A stretch of 64,000 nucleotides of DNA, from assembly GCA_045628045.1 (NCBI GenBank), contig JAZQOV010000011.1, forward strand, positions 4,912-68,911. The letters run 5' to 3'. Of the stretch, positions 10,456 to 19,214 are shown piece by piece. A program made the position numbers and the translations under genes. Positions within the stretch are counted from its first letter, which is position 1. The number at the start of each line of letters is the position of its first letter. This DNA comes from Bacilli bacterium (GTDB lineage Bacteria > Bacillota_I > Bacilli_A > RFN20 > CAG-826). Below the pieces are notes generated by a model that saw only the letters and a program-made list of their open reading frames with translations, had not been told where the DNA came from and searched no databases.

Positions 10456-11802
10456 ATGAAATTTGATCATGTTACTGGAAAGTGCGTTGATCTTTCCTTT
10501 GAAGGGAAAGGCGTTGTAAAGCTTTCGTATGGAACAGTTTTTGTTGATGGCTTATTCCCTGGTGAAGAAGCTGAAATAGAAATTGAATATAAACGTGCTG
10601 GTAATTATTTTGGAAAAGTTTATAGATTAATCACAAAATCTCCAGATAGAATTCAACCAAAATGTGGTGTTTGTACTGCGTGTGGTGGATGTCAACTTCA
10701 ACAACTTTCTTACAATGCTCAACTTGCTTATAAAACTAAAAAAGTAGCAGATGCTTTTAGACGTAATAAAATAGAAAATATTGAGGTTTTTCCGTGTATT
10801 TCAATGGAAAATCCCTATGAATATCGTAATAAAATACAAGTTCCAATTGGTAGAGATCCTCATGGCCATATCGTCTCCGGATTTTATAGAAGTGGCACTC
10901 ACAAAATCATTCCGGTGGACAAATGTTGGATCGAATCAAAGGAAGCACCAAAGATAATTTCTGAAATCAAGAACTTGATGAAGGAATTTCATTATGCTCC
11001 ATATGATGAAGACACAAGAACAGGTCTTATTCGACATGTCTTAATTAGAACTTCACTTCACTATAAAGAAATCATGGTTACTCTTGTTACTAATAAAGAT
11101 GAATTCAAAGGAAAGAATAATTTCGTTAAAGCTTTAGTGAAACGTTGTCCTCAAATTACAAGCATTGTTCAAAACATTAATACGAGAGACACAAATGTAA
11201 TTCTTGGAGAAAAAGAAAGAGTCCTTTTTGGCCCTTCTGTAATTAAGGATTCAATACTTGGCGTTGACTTCTTAATTTCATCAAAATCATTCTTCCAAGT
11301 AAACCCTGTTCAAGTTGAAAATCTATACAAATTCGCCATTAATTTCGCAAATTTAAGCAAAGAAGAGAACATTTTTGATGCTTATTGTGGAATTGGAACA
11401 ATCTCGTTATGCGCATCAAAATATGTTAATAAAGTTGTTGGCGCAGAGATAGTTAAAGAAGCAATTATTGACGCTAAAAAGAACGCTAAATTAAATAATA
11501 TTAATAATGCAACTTTTGTATGCGGAGACGCTGGTGAAGTTTTAGAAACTTTAATTAATAATGGAGAAAAATTCTCGACAGTTTTTGTGGACCCTCCTCG
11601 TAAAGGATTAGATGAAAAATTTATTAAGCATCTTCTTGAGCTTGCTCCATCGAAAATCATTTATGTTTCATGTGATCCGGAAACTTTAGCAAGAGATGTA
11701 AAAATCCTTGCTGAAAAATACGAGATACAACAAGTTCAACCTGTCGACATGTTTCCGATGACATTCCACGTTGAGACTGTTGTTTGTTTATGTCTAAAAT
11801 AA
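10456..11802 (+). CDS. rlmD: 23S rRNA (uracil-5)-methyltransferase, RumA/RlmD (RlmCD) family
   Basis: N-terminal TRAM-like region. Cys cluster CGVCTACGGCQLQ plus a later Cys typical of the RumA Fe-S site. C-terminal SAM-methyltransferase motifs (DAYCGIGTISL, VDPPRKG). Confidence 0.85.
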   Translation: MKFDHVTGKCVDLSFEGKGVVKLSYGTVFVDGLFPGEEAEIEIEYKRAGNYFGKVYRLITKSPDRIQPKCGVCTACGGCQLQQLSYNAQLAYKTKKVADAFRRNKIENIEVFPCISMENPYEYRNKIQVPIGRDPHGHIVSGFYRSGTHKIIPVDKCWIESKEAPKIISEIKNLMKEFHYAPYDEDTRTGLIRHVLIRTSLHYKEIMVTLVTNKDEFKGKNNFVKALVKRCPQITSIVQNINTRDTNVILGEKERVLFGPSVIKDSILGVDFLISSKSFFQVNPVQVENLYKFAINFANLSKEENIFDAYCGIGTISLCASKYVNKVVGAEIVKEAIIDAKKNAKLNNINNATFVCGDAGEVLETLINNGEKFSTVFVDPPRKGLDEKFIKHLLELAPSKIIYVSCDPETLARDVKILAEKYEIQQVQPVDMFPMTFHVETVVCLCLK

Positions 11803-11826
11803 CGATGCATTCTCGATGTGTTTTTC

Positions 11827-12711
11827 TTAATTTAATATTGATATATATTTATTCAATCTTTCCAATAAATATTTAGATATAAGTTTTTTCATTGGCTCAA
11901 GATTGTGCTTTAAATGAAATGCATCAAAAGCATCATAATAAGCACGTCTGTCGCTATATTTAATATCAATAGGTGGGAATCCTTGTTTCATTAATTCTAG
12001 ATTTAATAAGAGCCTTCCAGTTCTTCCGTTTCCATCAATAAAAGGGTGAATTGCTTCAAATTCAATATGGAATCTTGCTAATTTTGTAACAATATCTTCA
12101 TTAGATGTATTGTAGTTACAAATTAATTCATTCATTTTTGGTTCAATAGCATACGGTTGAACAGGTGTATGCTTTGAGCCCATTATTCTGACAGGGACCC
12201 TTCTGTAAACCCCTTTGTCTTGAGGTTGATCAGATAAAACCAAGGCATGTATTTGTTTAATTATACTTTCACCAATTTCAGTGTTTTCTTTCACTAAGTC
12301 GCATATAAAATCAAACGCTTCTTTGTGGCCAACAACTTCGAGATGATCTTTTAATGGTTTTTTGTCAATGGTAAGACCTCTTAGAACCATATCCGTTTCT
12401 CTTAGTGTTAATGTATTACCTTCGATGGCGTTGCTGTTATATGTGAACTCTACAACGAATTCCTCATTTAATCTTTTAATTTCGCCAGGCGTTAATGGCC
12501 TTTTAGAATCTAATATATTTTTAAGTTCTAAAATTTTGGATAAATAGTTTTCGTTGTTTTTGATTCTGCCATCAATTGGTTTTACGGCATCATCTGGTAT
12601 AAACCACGTTTTTCCATACAATTCTGCTCCATCAATTTTGCCTTCTGCACAAAGAATGCGAATCCTTCTGTCAGATATATTCCATTTTAGACTAGCTTCT
12701 TTAGTATTCAT
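11827..12711 (-). CDS. Fic family protein (class II, AMPylase-type motif)
   Basis: Canonical Fic motif HPFIDGNGRTGR. Inhibitory motif TYNSNAIEGN upstream in the same chain. Confidence 0.85.
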   Translation of the reverse strand: MNTKEASLKWNISDRRIRILCAEGKIDGAELYGKTWFIPDDAVKPIDGRIKNNENYLSKILELKNILDSKRPLTPGEIKRLNEEFVVEFTYNSNAIEGNTLTLRETDMVLRGLTIDKKPLKDHLEVVGHKEAFDFICDLVKENTEIGESIIKQIHALVLSDQPQDKGVYRRVPVRIMGSKHTPVQPYAIEPKMNELICNYNTSNEDIVTKLARFHIEFEAIHPFIDGNGRTGRLLLNLELMKQGFPPIDIKYSDRRAYYDAFDAFHLKHNLEPMKKLISKYLLERLNKYISILN

Positions 12712-12728
12712 TATCGATTGCCTCCGAC

Positions 12729-12791
12729 TTTATCGGAATAATAATAACACATATCGGAATAATAATAAAGCAATATCGGAATAATATTAAA
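12729..12791. repeat. three tandem 21-bp direct repeats (ATCGGAATAATAATAA core) in the fic 5' region
   Basis: Copies at 12732-12747, 12753-12768 and 12774-12789, about 20-80 bp upstream of the fic start codon (minus strand). Confidence 0.7.
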
Positions 12792-13131
12792 AATGTGTTT
12801 TTGTTTCACGATTATAACGATTTGGGATACGTACCTAATTTGTTACACCAAAAGTGTAACCGCGTGTATCGGTGACTAGTAGTAACACGTGATTACAAGT
12901 GACATGTTTGTTAACATCGAGGTAGGGTTGCAAAAATGTATGTAACACGGTAATAAAATGGTAATGGTTTTCCTATTGTTTTTGACAAAAATTTAGTTTC
13001 AGTATAATACAGTTATATGACAGCCACGTATAGGCAAAACACTAATCATACGTCTTGTTACGGTACATGTGGAGACTGTCGTTTCGTTAATTTTTAAGCA
13101 AAAATAGCAAATTGTTGTTGCTCCCTGCAAT

Positions 13132-15582
13132 TTGACTTTTATATATTGTTTCTTTACAATTCATATTATGAATTACTTTAAAAACATCAGTAAAAACACA
13201 AAAATATTGGCGATTTTGCCGTCATTTTTCTTAACTCTAGTTTCGTTTGTCTCGATAGGACACGACAAAATATCTGAAGTAAAAGCAGAAGAAAATAAGA
13301 TTTTTATAGCAATTGATAGCACAGAAGGAATTGGCTACATTTCGTCTGTCGATAATGATTTAATTCGTGGGACAAATTATTTTTGCGAAGTTGATCCAAC
13401 TTTAACTCGTTCAGCGACAATCTTTTTACAAGATAAATACCAAGGATCCCAAGATTACTTAGGAGACATAAAAAAAGTCGTAATTTTAGATAATGTCGAG
13501 CTTAATAACTGTTCCTTCCTCTTTGGAAATCTCGAAAATCTAGAAACTATTGAGAATTTAGGAAACATTAGTGTTCCAGTATGTTCATCTTTCGAATATA
13601 TGTTCAGTGGTTCTCCAAAATTAAGAGAAGTGGATTTTACAGGTTTTGATGTTTCTAATTGCAGTAGTTTTAAAAACATGTTTTATGACTGTGCACTTGA
13701 AACAATAGATTTATCTGATTTTGACACTTCAAGTTGTGGTGATTTCCACTATATGTTCGATTCATGTCGCAATTTAACATCCTTAGATTTATCTTCTTTT
13801 GATACAAGAAATGCTTCGTCAATGGTAGGCATGTTTTCTGGATGCTCTTCATTAGAATATCTCGATATTTCAAGTTTTGATTTATCAAATAGCCCACGCA
13901 CTGATGAATTTTTATTTGGCACAAAACCAAAAGTTATTGTTGCGCCTAAGTGTGTTCCGGAGCACGCAGTTGATAATATTGTTAAATTTGATCTTCCTCA
14001 AGAAACAGAAGAAAAACCTTACTATTATGATTATGACCTCAACACTTATGAGGAAATGGCTGAATCCAATAAATCTATAACTTATTATCACCACTCATTA
14101 ATACGTACGCTTGAATCTGCGTCGTTTACTTGTTCAAATTCTTTTAAAGAATACGAAGATTTAGATAATTTAGATATTGATGAATTAATTTCGCATTGGG
14201 ACTTCCTTTACGATACGCTTTTTGGATTTCTTCCAAAGAAAGACAATGAACCAATTTACACAATTTTAGAAAAATGCAAGGCTGACACCATCAACGTTGA
14301 AGTAGGAAAATGGCTCACTATTTATGACAAGGTTTATCCACACTATTGCCATGCTTTACAAGAATGTGGTGGAGACTTTTTGAATAGATGTCCAGACGCA
14401 TTAGATCCTGATGGTCTTGTTCATATTGGAGTAAATACAGATGAAAATATTGGTTATCTTTCTTCTTTTGATACCTACGAAATCTTAAAATCTGATTTGC
14501 GAACAAAAGTCGATTTATCCGTGAAAACCATAGGAAATTCAGTATTTTCTCTCTTAGATTCGAATGGATATGAAGATATTACTAAAGTCGTAATTCAAGA
14601 TGAAATTAGTCTTTCGGATTGCTCAAATTTCTTTAAAGGTTTGACCAATCTTGTTTTAATTGATGGAATGAAAAAAGTAAATACTGAGCTCAACACAAAA
14701 TGTATTTCAATGTTTGAGGATTGTTCTAAATTAGAATCTGTTGACTTATCTGCATTTAACACAGAGAAGGTTATTGTTACAGATTGCATGTTTAAAGGAT
14801 GCGTATCGTTAGGAGAAATTACTGGACTTTCTTTCACCTCAAAAACATTAGTTTCTATGTCAGAGATGTTCTCAGGATGCCAAGCCTTAGTATTACTTGA
14901 TTTATCTAGTTATGATTTAACTAACGTAGAAAACACCTTTAATTGTATTTATAATACAACTCCTAATTATATTAAGACTCCAAAAGCGATGCCTACTAAA
15001 GCAAATTGCGATATAGATTTGTATTTCCCTATGGGCATTATAAATTTTGGTTACTACGATTTGTCTTTTGCTACATACACCAAATTACCAAGTATCAATA
15101 GTTCCATTACATTAATTAGTGAAATCGGCAAATATGTCTTAGAAGATTTCTGTGATGATTTTGGTAAAGACACCGCGTATTATTGCGATGCAAACGGAAA
15201 TACAGCAGAAGCAAAATTAATTAGTCTTTGGGAAGGGCAATCTAAGGAATTCAATAAGCACTTTAAAGGTACTCAACACGAATGTTTATTAGAATTCTTT
15301 GGGAAAGATAATTCTTCATGTACTAACACTTCATTGAAGAATTTCTCGGCAAAATATGACTATATTTACGGAAAATACCAATCATTTTTAGATGAACATG
15401 GTGGAGATTTCGCTAATAGATCAAAGCTTATTTCATTCCCAAATAGTTCAGCATTTATTCGTTTCAATCACACTACAAATGAGTCATCTGTTTTAATAAT
15501 TTGTATTATTTCTATTGCTAGCGTTTCAACATTAATTTGTTTAGTGTTTACAAAAAAGCGTATTTCTGCTAAAAGGAAATAA
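13132..15582 (+). CDS. surface protein with multiple 26-residue leucine-rich surface repeats (TIGR02167/DUF285-like), C-terminal TM anchor
   Basis: N-terminal signal (a start at 13162, MNYFKNISKNTKILAILPSFF, is plausible). Repeated units of the form MF..C..L..LDLSSFDT.N...M..MF (e.g. CSSFKNMFYDCALETIDLSDFDTSSCGDFHYMFDSCRNLTSLDLSSFDTRNASSMVGMF). C-terminal hydrophobic anchor + KRK. Confidence 0.7.
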   Translation: MTFIYCFFTIHIMNYFKNISKNTKILAILPSFFLTLVSFVSIGHDKISEVKAEENKIFIAIDSTEGIGYISSVDNDLIRGTNYFCEVDPTLTRSATIFLQDKYQGSQDYLGDIKKVVILDNVELNNCSFLFGNLENLETIENLGNISVPVCSSFEYMFSGSPKLREVDFTGFDVSNCSSFKNMFYDCALETIDLSDFDTSSCGDFHYMFDSCRNLTSLDLSSFDTRNASSMVGMFSGCSSLEYLDISSFDLSNSPRTDEFLFGTKPKVIVAPKCVPEHAVDNIVKFDLPQETEEKPYYYDYDLNTYEEMAESNKSITYYHHSLIRTLESASFTCSNSFKEYEDLDNLDIDELISHWDFLYDTLFGFLPKKDNEPIYTILEKCKADTINVEVGKWLTIYDKVYPHYCHALQECGGDFLNRCPDALDPDGLVHIGVNTDENIGYLSSFDTYEILKSDLRTKVDLSVKTIGNSVFSLLDSNGYEDITKVVIQDEISLSDCSNFFKGLTNLVLIDGMKKVNTELNTKCISMFEDCSKLESVDLSAFNTEKVIVTDCMFKGCVSLGEITGLSFTSKTLVSMSEMFSGCQALVLLDLSSYDLTNVENTFNCIYNTTPNYIKTPKAMPTKANCDIDLYFPMGIINFGYYDLSFATYTKLPSINSSITLISEIGKYVLEDFCDDFGKDTAYYCDANGNTAEAKLISLWEGQSKEFNKHFKGTQHECLLEFFGKDNSSCTNTSLKNFSAKYDYIYGKYQSFLDEHGGDFANRSKLISFPNSSAFIRFNHTTNESSVLIICIISIASVSTLICLVFTKKRISAKRK

Positions 15583-15607
15583 TTAAGTAATATAGGAGGA
15601 ATAAATA

Positions 15608-16525
15608 ATGAAAAATAACTTTAATAAGGCAGCGTTGTTATTACCAATTATTTTAACTTCGTGTTCTTTAGCGACTTCCGGAGAAAAAGCAAAAAATTTT
15701 TACGACAAAATTTGTGATGAGATAATAGAATTTGGAAACCCTAGAGATGATGATTTTGCTATTTCTTTCAAAGGTCGTTACAAAATTGGTGATGTCGAGA
15801 TTAGAAATATTGACGGCTTTTTCGATGGTAGATTTATAAATATTATTGGTGATTATTATAACGAAAGACTGACCGCAAAATATTATACATTTGATGAACT
15901 AGGCGAAAACGGATTGCCTTATCCATATACTTACTCATCTTTGTTAAATTCAGAAAATGAAACAGTTCTTGTTAGTAGAAGAAAACCATTTGATGGAATA
16001 CAAAATTATTGTGTTTTCCCGGACAAAATTGATGAATATAACGAAATTTACAATAATATTTTTAGAGTTTCGATATGTATAATGGAGTATGGATTATTTG
16101 CTTCTGATCGTTATAGTGAAGAATCGCTCAAACAAGTTTTCTTGTTAGCTGATGAAGAAAGAATTGAATTTGATTTATCAGATCGCGTTAAGTATAGTTA
16201 TGAAAAGAATGAAAATCTTGTTTTTACGATTTCTAGCGATTTAGATTCAATTGGGCCTTTTACTATTCTTTCTCCGGATCAATCAGTCAGATTTGCATAT
16301 TGGAATAAAATGGCAAACGGACCGACAGGAAATTATTGGAAGAAAATCACGGTAGATAAGAAAACATATCAAGTTAAGAAAGTTGAAGTTTCATATAAAG
16401 GAATTGATACAAGATTATTACCAGGCGCGTCGACAGACTTTTATTTTGAATTTGAGCCTCGTGAGCAAAGCACTTCATCTTATAAAGATCAATTTAAGAT
16501 AAGTTGCGATTCATATTTTGATTAA
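15608..16525 (+). CDS. lipoprotein, hypothetical
   Basis: Signal peptide with lipobox ILTSC. The RBS is GGAGGA. No family was recognised. Confidence 0.6.
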   Translation: MKNNFNKAALLLPIILTSCSLATSGEKAKNFYDKICDEIIEFGNPRDDDFAISFKGRYKIGDVEIRNIDGFFDGRFINIIGDYYNERLTAKYYTFDELGENGLPYPYTYSSLLNSENETVLVSRRKPFDGIQNYCVFPDKIDEYNEIYNNIFRVSICIMEYGLFASDRYSEESLKQVFLLADEERIEFDLSDRVKYSYEKNENLVFTISSDLDSIGPFTILSPDQSVRFAYWNKMANGPTGNYWKKITVDKKTYQVKKVEVSYKGIDTRLLPGASTDFYFEFEPREQSTSSYKDQFKISCDSYFD

Positions 16526-16530
16526 GATAA

Positions 16531-16562
16531 AGCATCCTTAAAAGGATGCATTTTCTTTTTAA
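16531..16562 (+). terminator. Rho-independent terminator
   Basis: GCATCCTT-aaa-AGGATGC hairpin followed by a T-run. Confidence 0.55.
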
Positions 16563-16574
16563 AAATGGATTTTT

Positions 16575-16700
16575 AGAAAATAATTAATTGAATCTTTGCA
16601 TCAAAATTAGTTATAATATTTTTACCACAATACACCTTATGGTGTGATTAGTGATTAAGATCGGTGTTTCGACCGCTTAGTGCGGTGCCGGTCTTTTTCT
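16575..16700 (+). ncRNA. candidate small-RNA unit 1 (promoter + ~75-nt hairpin transcript + terminator)
   Basis: -35 TTGAAT (16588-16593), 18-bp spacer, -10 TATAAT (16612-16617). Downstream hairpin ACACC-ttat-GGTGT. GACCG...CGGTC stem followed by TTTTT ending about 16699. Near-identical copy at 16843-16970. Confidence 0.4.
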
Positions 16701-16744
16701 TTCCGGATAAAGTTTATATATTGTATTTTACATAATATTATTCT

Positions 16745-16832
16745 TTGTTATAATAATGATGCGGTTGCGATAAAAGGCTTATGCCTCGCAGTGCAATTAG
16801 GGCACCTTAATGGCAGCCTTTTTCTTTTTAAA
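16745..16832 (+). ncRNA. second candidate short structured transcript between the two sRNA copies
   Basis: TATAAT-like -10 at about 16749. Hairpins TGCGA-n15-TCGCA and TGCAATTAGGGCACCTTAATGGCA followed by a TTTTTCTTTTT run. Confidence 0.25.
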
Positions 16833-16842
16833 AATAATATTT

Positions 16843-16970
16843 TAGAAAATAATGAATTGAATTTTTACATCAAAATTAGTTATAATATTTTTACCACAAT
16901 ACACCTTATGGTGTGATTAGTGATAAAGATCGGTGTTTCGACCGCTTAGCGCGGTGCCGGTCTTTTTTCT
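16843..16970 (+). ncRNA. candidate small-RNA unit 2 (duplicate of unit 1)
   Basis: -35 TTGAAT 16857-16862, -10 TATAAT 16881-16886, same hairpins, T-run 16964-16969. It differs from copy 1 by a few substitutions. Confidence 0.4.
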
Positions 16971-17312
16971 TTCTAGATAAAGTTCATATATTGTATCTGA
17001 CTTAAGAACATCCTTTTTGGACAACCCCCTTTTTATGTACTTCTCGCTATAGGTTTTCGCAGGGTAACTCCTAATTCTTTGTATAAAATAACTCTGCAAC
17101 GAATTATTTACTTTAAATGGTTTACATAACTTCGTATTTGCCTTGCCTTCCGAATAAGGCTTTGAAGTCAAAAAAACACTTGATAAGATTAGCCCATCTT
17201 TTGTAGCTATAATTGCTTTAATGTGGCCATAATGTCCATGTTTATAATTATAACGAATTTGCCCAATTCTATAATTTCTTCCGATATTGATTTTAATAAT
17301 TTGTTTGCACAT
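16917..17312 (-). CDS. hypothetical basic protein (131 aa); last ~19 codons antisense to sRNA unit 2
   Basis: ORF with an AAGGAG-like RBS (ccaaggagacaacaacATG on the minus strand). No recognisable family. The 3' end runs into the repeated sRNA module, so it may be truncated or not real. Confidence 0.35.
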   Translation of the reverse strand: MCKQIIKINIGRNYRIGQIRYNYKHGHYGHIKAIIATKDGLILSSVFLTSKPYSEGKANTKLCKPFKVNNSLQSYFIQRIRSYPAKTYSEKYIKRGLSKKDVLKSDTIYELYLERKKTGTALSGRNTDLYH

Positions 17313-17319
17313 GTTGTTG

Positions 17320-17420
17320 TCTCCTTGGGCTCAAGAATATTTTACCATCTCTAAAGCAAGCCGATTCCCGTTTTTCATAACATTTTAAAGAACATAGTTC
17401 TTTCTTTTTAAAATTCAACA
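17320..17420 (-). promoter_or_regulatory. conserved ~100-bp 5' module with palindrome AAAGAAC-ata-GTTCTTT, upstream of ORF 16917-17312
   Basis: About 85% identical to 51893-52000, which sits upstream of the DUF1016 gene. It contains the RBS region and an inverted repeat. Confidence 0.45.
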
Positions 17421-17424
17421 TTTT

Positions 17425-17625
17425 TAGAAAACAATGAATTGAATTTTTTCATCAAAATTAGTTATAATATTTTTACCATAAAGAGTACGGCGAGGGACAA
17501 GCCCTATGACCCGTCAGCAACCTGCGTATAGCAAGGTGCTAAAGCTTGACTGATGGTTGTTTTTATTTTATAAGCCGTCAGTATCGATGGCTTTTAATTT
17601 CTTTGTGGTAGATAAGGAGGCTTAT
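17425..17625 (+). promoter_or_regulatory. third copy of the TTGAAT-N18-TATAAT promoter module plus ~150-nt structured leader
   Basis: -35 at 17439-17444, -10 at 17463-17468. Leader hairpins AGGG-acaag-CCCT and GCT-aa-AGC. CCGTCAG is repeated twice. It ends at the AAGGAGG RBS of the 17626 ORF. Confidence 0.4.
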
Positions 17626-17880
17626 ATGCCACAGAAAACATTACAAAACGATCTTTACGTAGTCGTTATCTCTTCTAAAGAAGAAAGAGATGAACTTAAA
17701 GCATTATGCGTAAAACATAACATTCCTCTTCTTTATCCAGAGTTATTTAAGGAAGAGGAGATTCATCACTTATGGGGAATCTCTAAAAACGGTGTTGCTT
17801 TAGTGGGCACAATGATTGCAAGACATACACCTAAAGAGAATATATTTCATTCTGTTAAAGAACTGGAATGTATTCTCTAA
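17626..17880 (+). CDS. small hypothetical protein (84 aa)
   Basis: The ATG at 17626 is preceded by AAGGAGG. The longer track ORF from 17557 lacks an RBS. No family was recognised. Confidence 0.45.
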   Translation: MPQKTLQNDLYVVVISSKEERDELKALCVKHNIPLLYPELFKEEEIHHLWGISKNGVALVGTMIARHTPKENIFHSVKELECIL

Positions 17881-18155
17881 TATCTTTTCTTGATAGAGAA
17901 GCGTAAGCAAGTTCTCGTATAACAAGAAAAGTGCGCTAAATTTCAATCCTTAAATGTCTATTAAATTAGCATCACGGTTAACACTTGCTCGTATTTACTA
18001 GGGGAAGCGGTAGTTATCTTTTCTTAAATTGCGCTATTTCCTGCCAATAAACAAGACTGGTTGTATTGGCTTTTTGTGTACTAAGAAAAGCAAATTTCGA
18101 TATTGAAATACTGCATATTTTTTAGTAAAATATATTCAGTAAAAGAAAGGTTAAT

Positions 18156-19214
18156 ATGCACAAATTCAGTTATGATTTTATAAAAAATCAAATTTTAACC
18201 TCAAATCTTTTTTCGCTTTCAAGCATTATTATAGATCTTAAAGAAAAAGCATCTAGCAAAAAACAAAACAAAGAAAAACTTTTTAAAAAGCTTGAGACTA
18301 TTGCAATTAAAGATTCTGTCGAAGCATCAAATGCAATTGAAGGAATCTACACAACTGGGGATCGTATTGAAGAAATTGTTGATAATGGCTCCACACCTCT
18401 TACGCATGACGAAGAAGAAATTGCAGGTTATAGGGACGCAATTATTTTTGTTAAAGAAAACTATCAATATTTAAGTTTTGATGAGACCACAATCAAAAAA
18501 CTTCATTCAATGTTATTTTCAAGGCATACCGGTTCACATAAGGGCGGTGAATATAAAAAAGAAGATAATATTATTGCGGAAAGAAACAAGAACGGAACAA
18601 TAAAAAAAGTTATTTTTAAAACAGTGCCTGCTAAGGATGTTGAAAAGCAAATGAAAGAGTTTGTTTTGGCTCATCAAGTAGCGAGAGACGATTACTCAAT
18701 TCCTGGCTTGTTATTAATCCCGTGTGTTATTGTTGATTTTCTCGCCATTCACCCTTTTCAAGATGGCAATGGTAGATTATCTCGTTTATTAATGCTTTTG
18801 CTTTTATTCAAGGAAGGCATTGATATTGGTAAATATATATCACTTGAAAAAATGATCAATGAATACAAGTTTAATTATTATGAATCACTTCAATCTTCTC
18901 AACTAGGTTGGCATGAGAACAAATCTAATTATCAGCCATTCATTGTGTTTACGTTTCAAATCATATATGAATGTTACAAAAAGATTAATGAACGTTTCCT
19001 CATTATGACTAGCAATAAGATGAGTAAGAAAGAAATCATTGAAGAAACAATTAAACAAAGTTTAGTGCCAGTTTCAAAAGAGGAAATTCATTCTTTATTT
19101 CCAGATATTTCTATTACTACTATTGAAGCTCAATTGTCTAATTTACAAAAGTTAAACAAGATAACTAAAATAGGAACATTTAAGAACGCTAAATATTTAT
19201 ATAACAAAAAATAA
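18156..19214 (+). CDS. Fic family protein (class II) with a C-terminal winged-helix-like extension
   Basis: Fic motif HPFQDGNGRLSRLL. Inhibitory motif SNAIEGIYTT. The RBS is AAAGGT. Confidence 0.85.
   Translation: MHKFSYDFIKNQILTSNLFSLSSIIIDLKEKASSKKQNKEKLFKKLETIAIKDSVEASNAIEGIYTTGDRIEEIVDNGSTPLTHDEEEIAGYRDAIIFVKENYQYLSFDETTIKKLHSMLFSRHTGSHKGGEYKKEDNIIAERNKNGTIKKVIFKTVPAKDVEKQMKEFVLAHQVARDDYSIPGLLLIPCVIVDFLAIHPFQDGNGRLSRLLMLLLLFKEGIDIGKYISLEKMINEYKFNYYESLQSSQLGWHENKSNYQPFIVFTFQIIYECYKKINERFLIMTSNKMSKKEIIEETIKQSLVPVSKEEIHSLFPDISITTIEAQLSNLQKLNKITKIGTFKNAKYLYNKK

Noticed and set aside
16575-17470. Considered whether the repeated units here (and at 57828-58100) form a CRISPR array.
   Set aside because: There are only 2-3 copies. 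The units are 70-125 bp and contain promoters and terminators. The spacers are not uniform. No cas genes are present.
17557-17625. Longer N-terminal extension of the small ORF (track start 17557).
   Set aside because: The AAGGAGG RBS sits immediately upstream of the internal ATG at 17626. The extension overlaps the structured leader.
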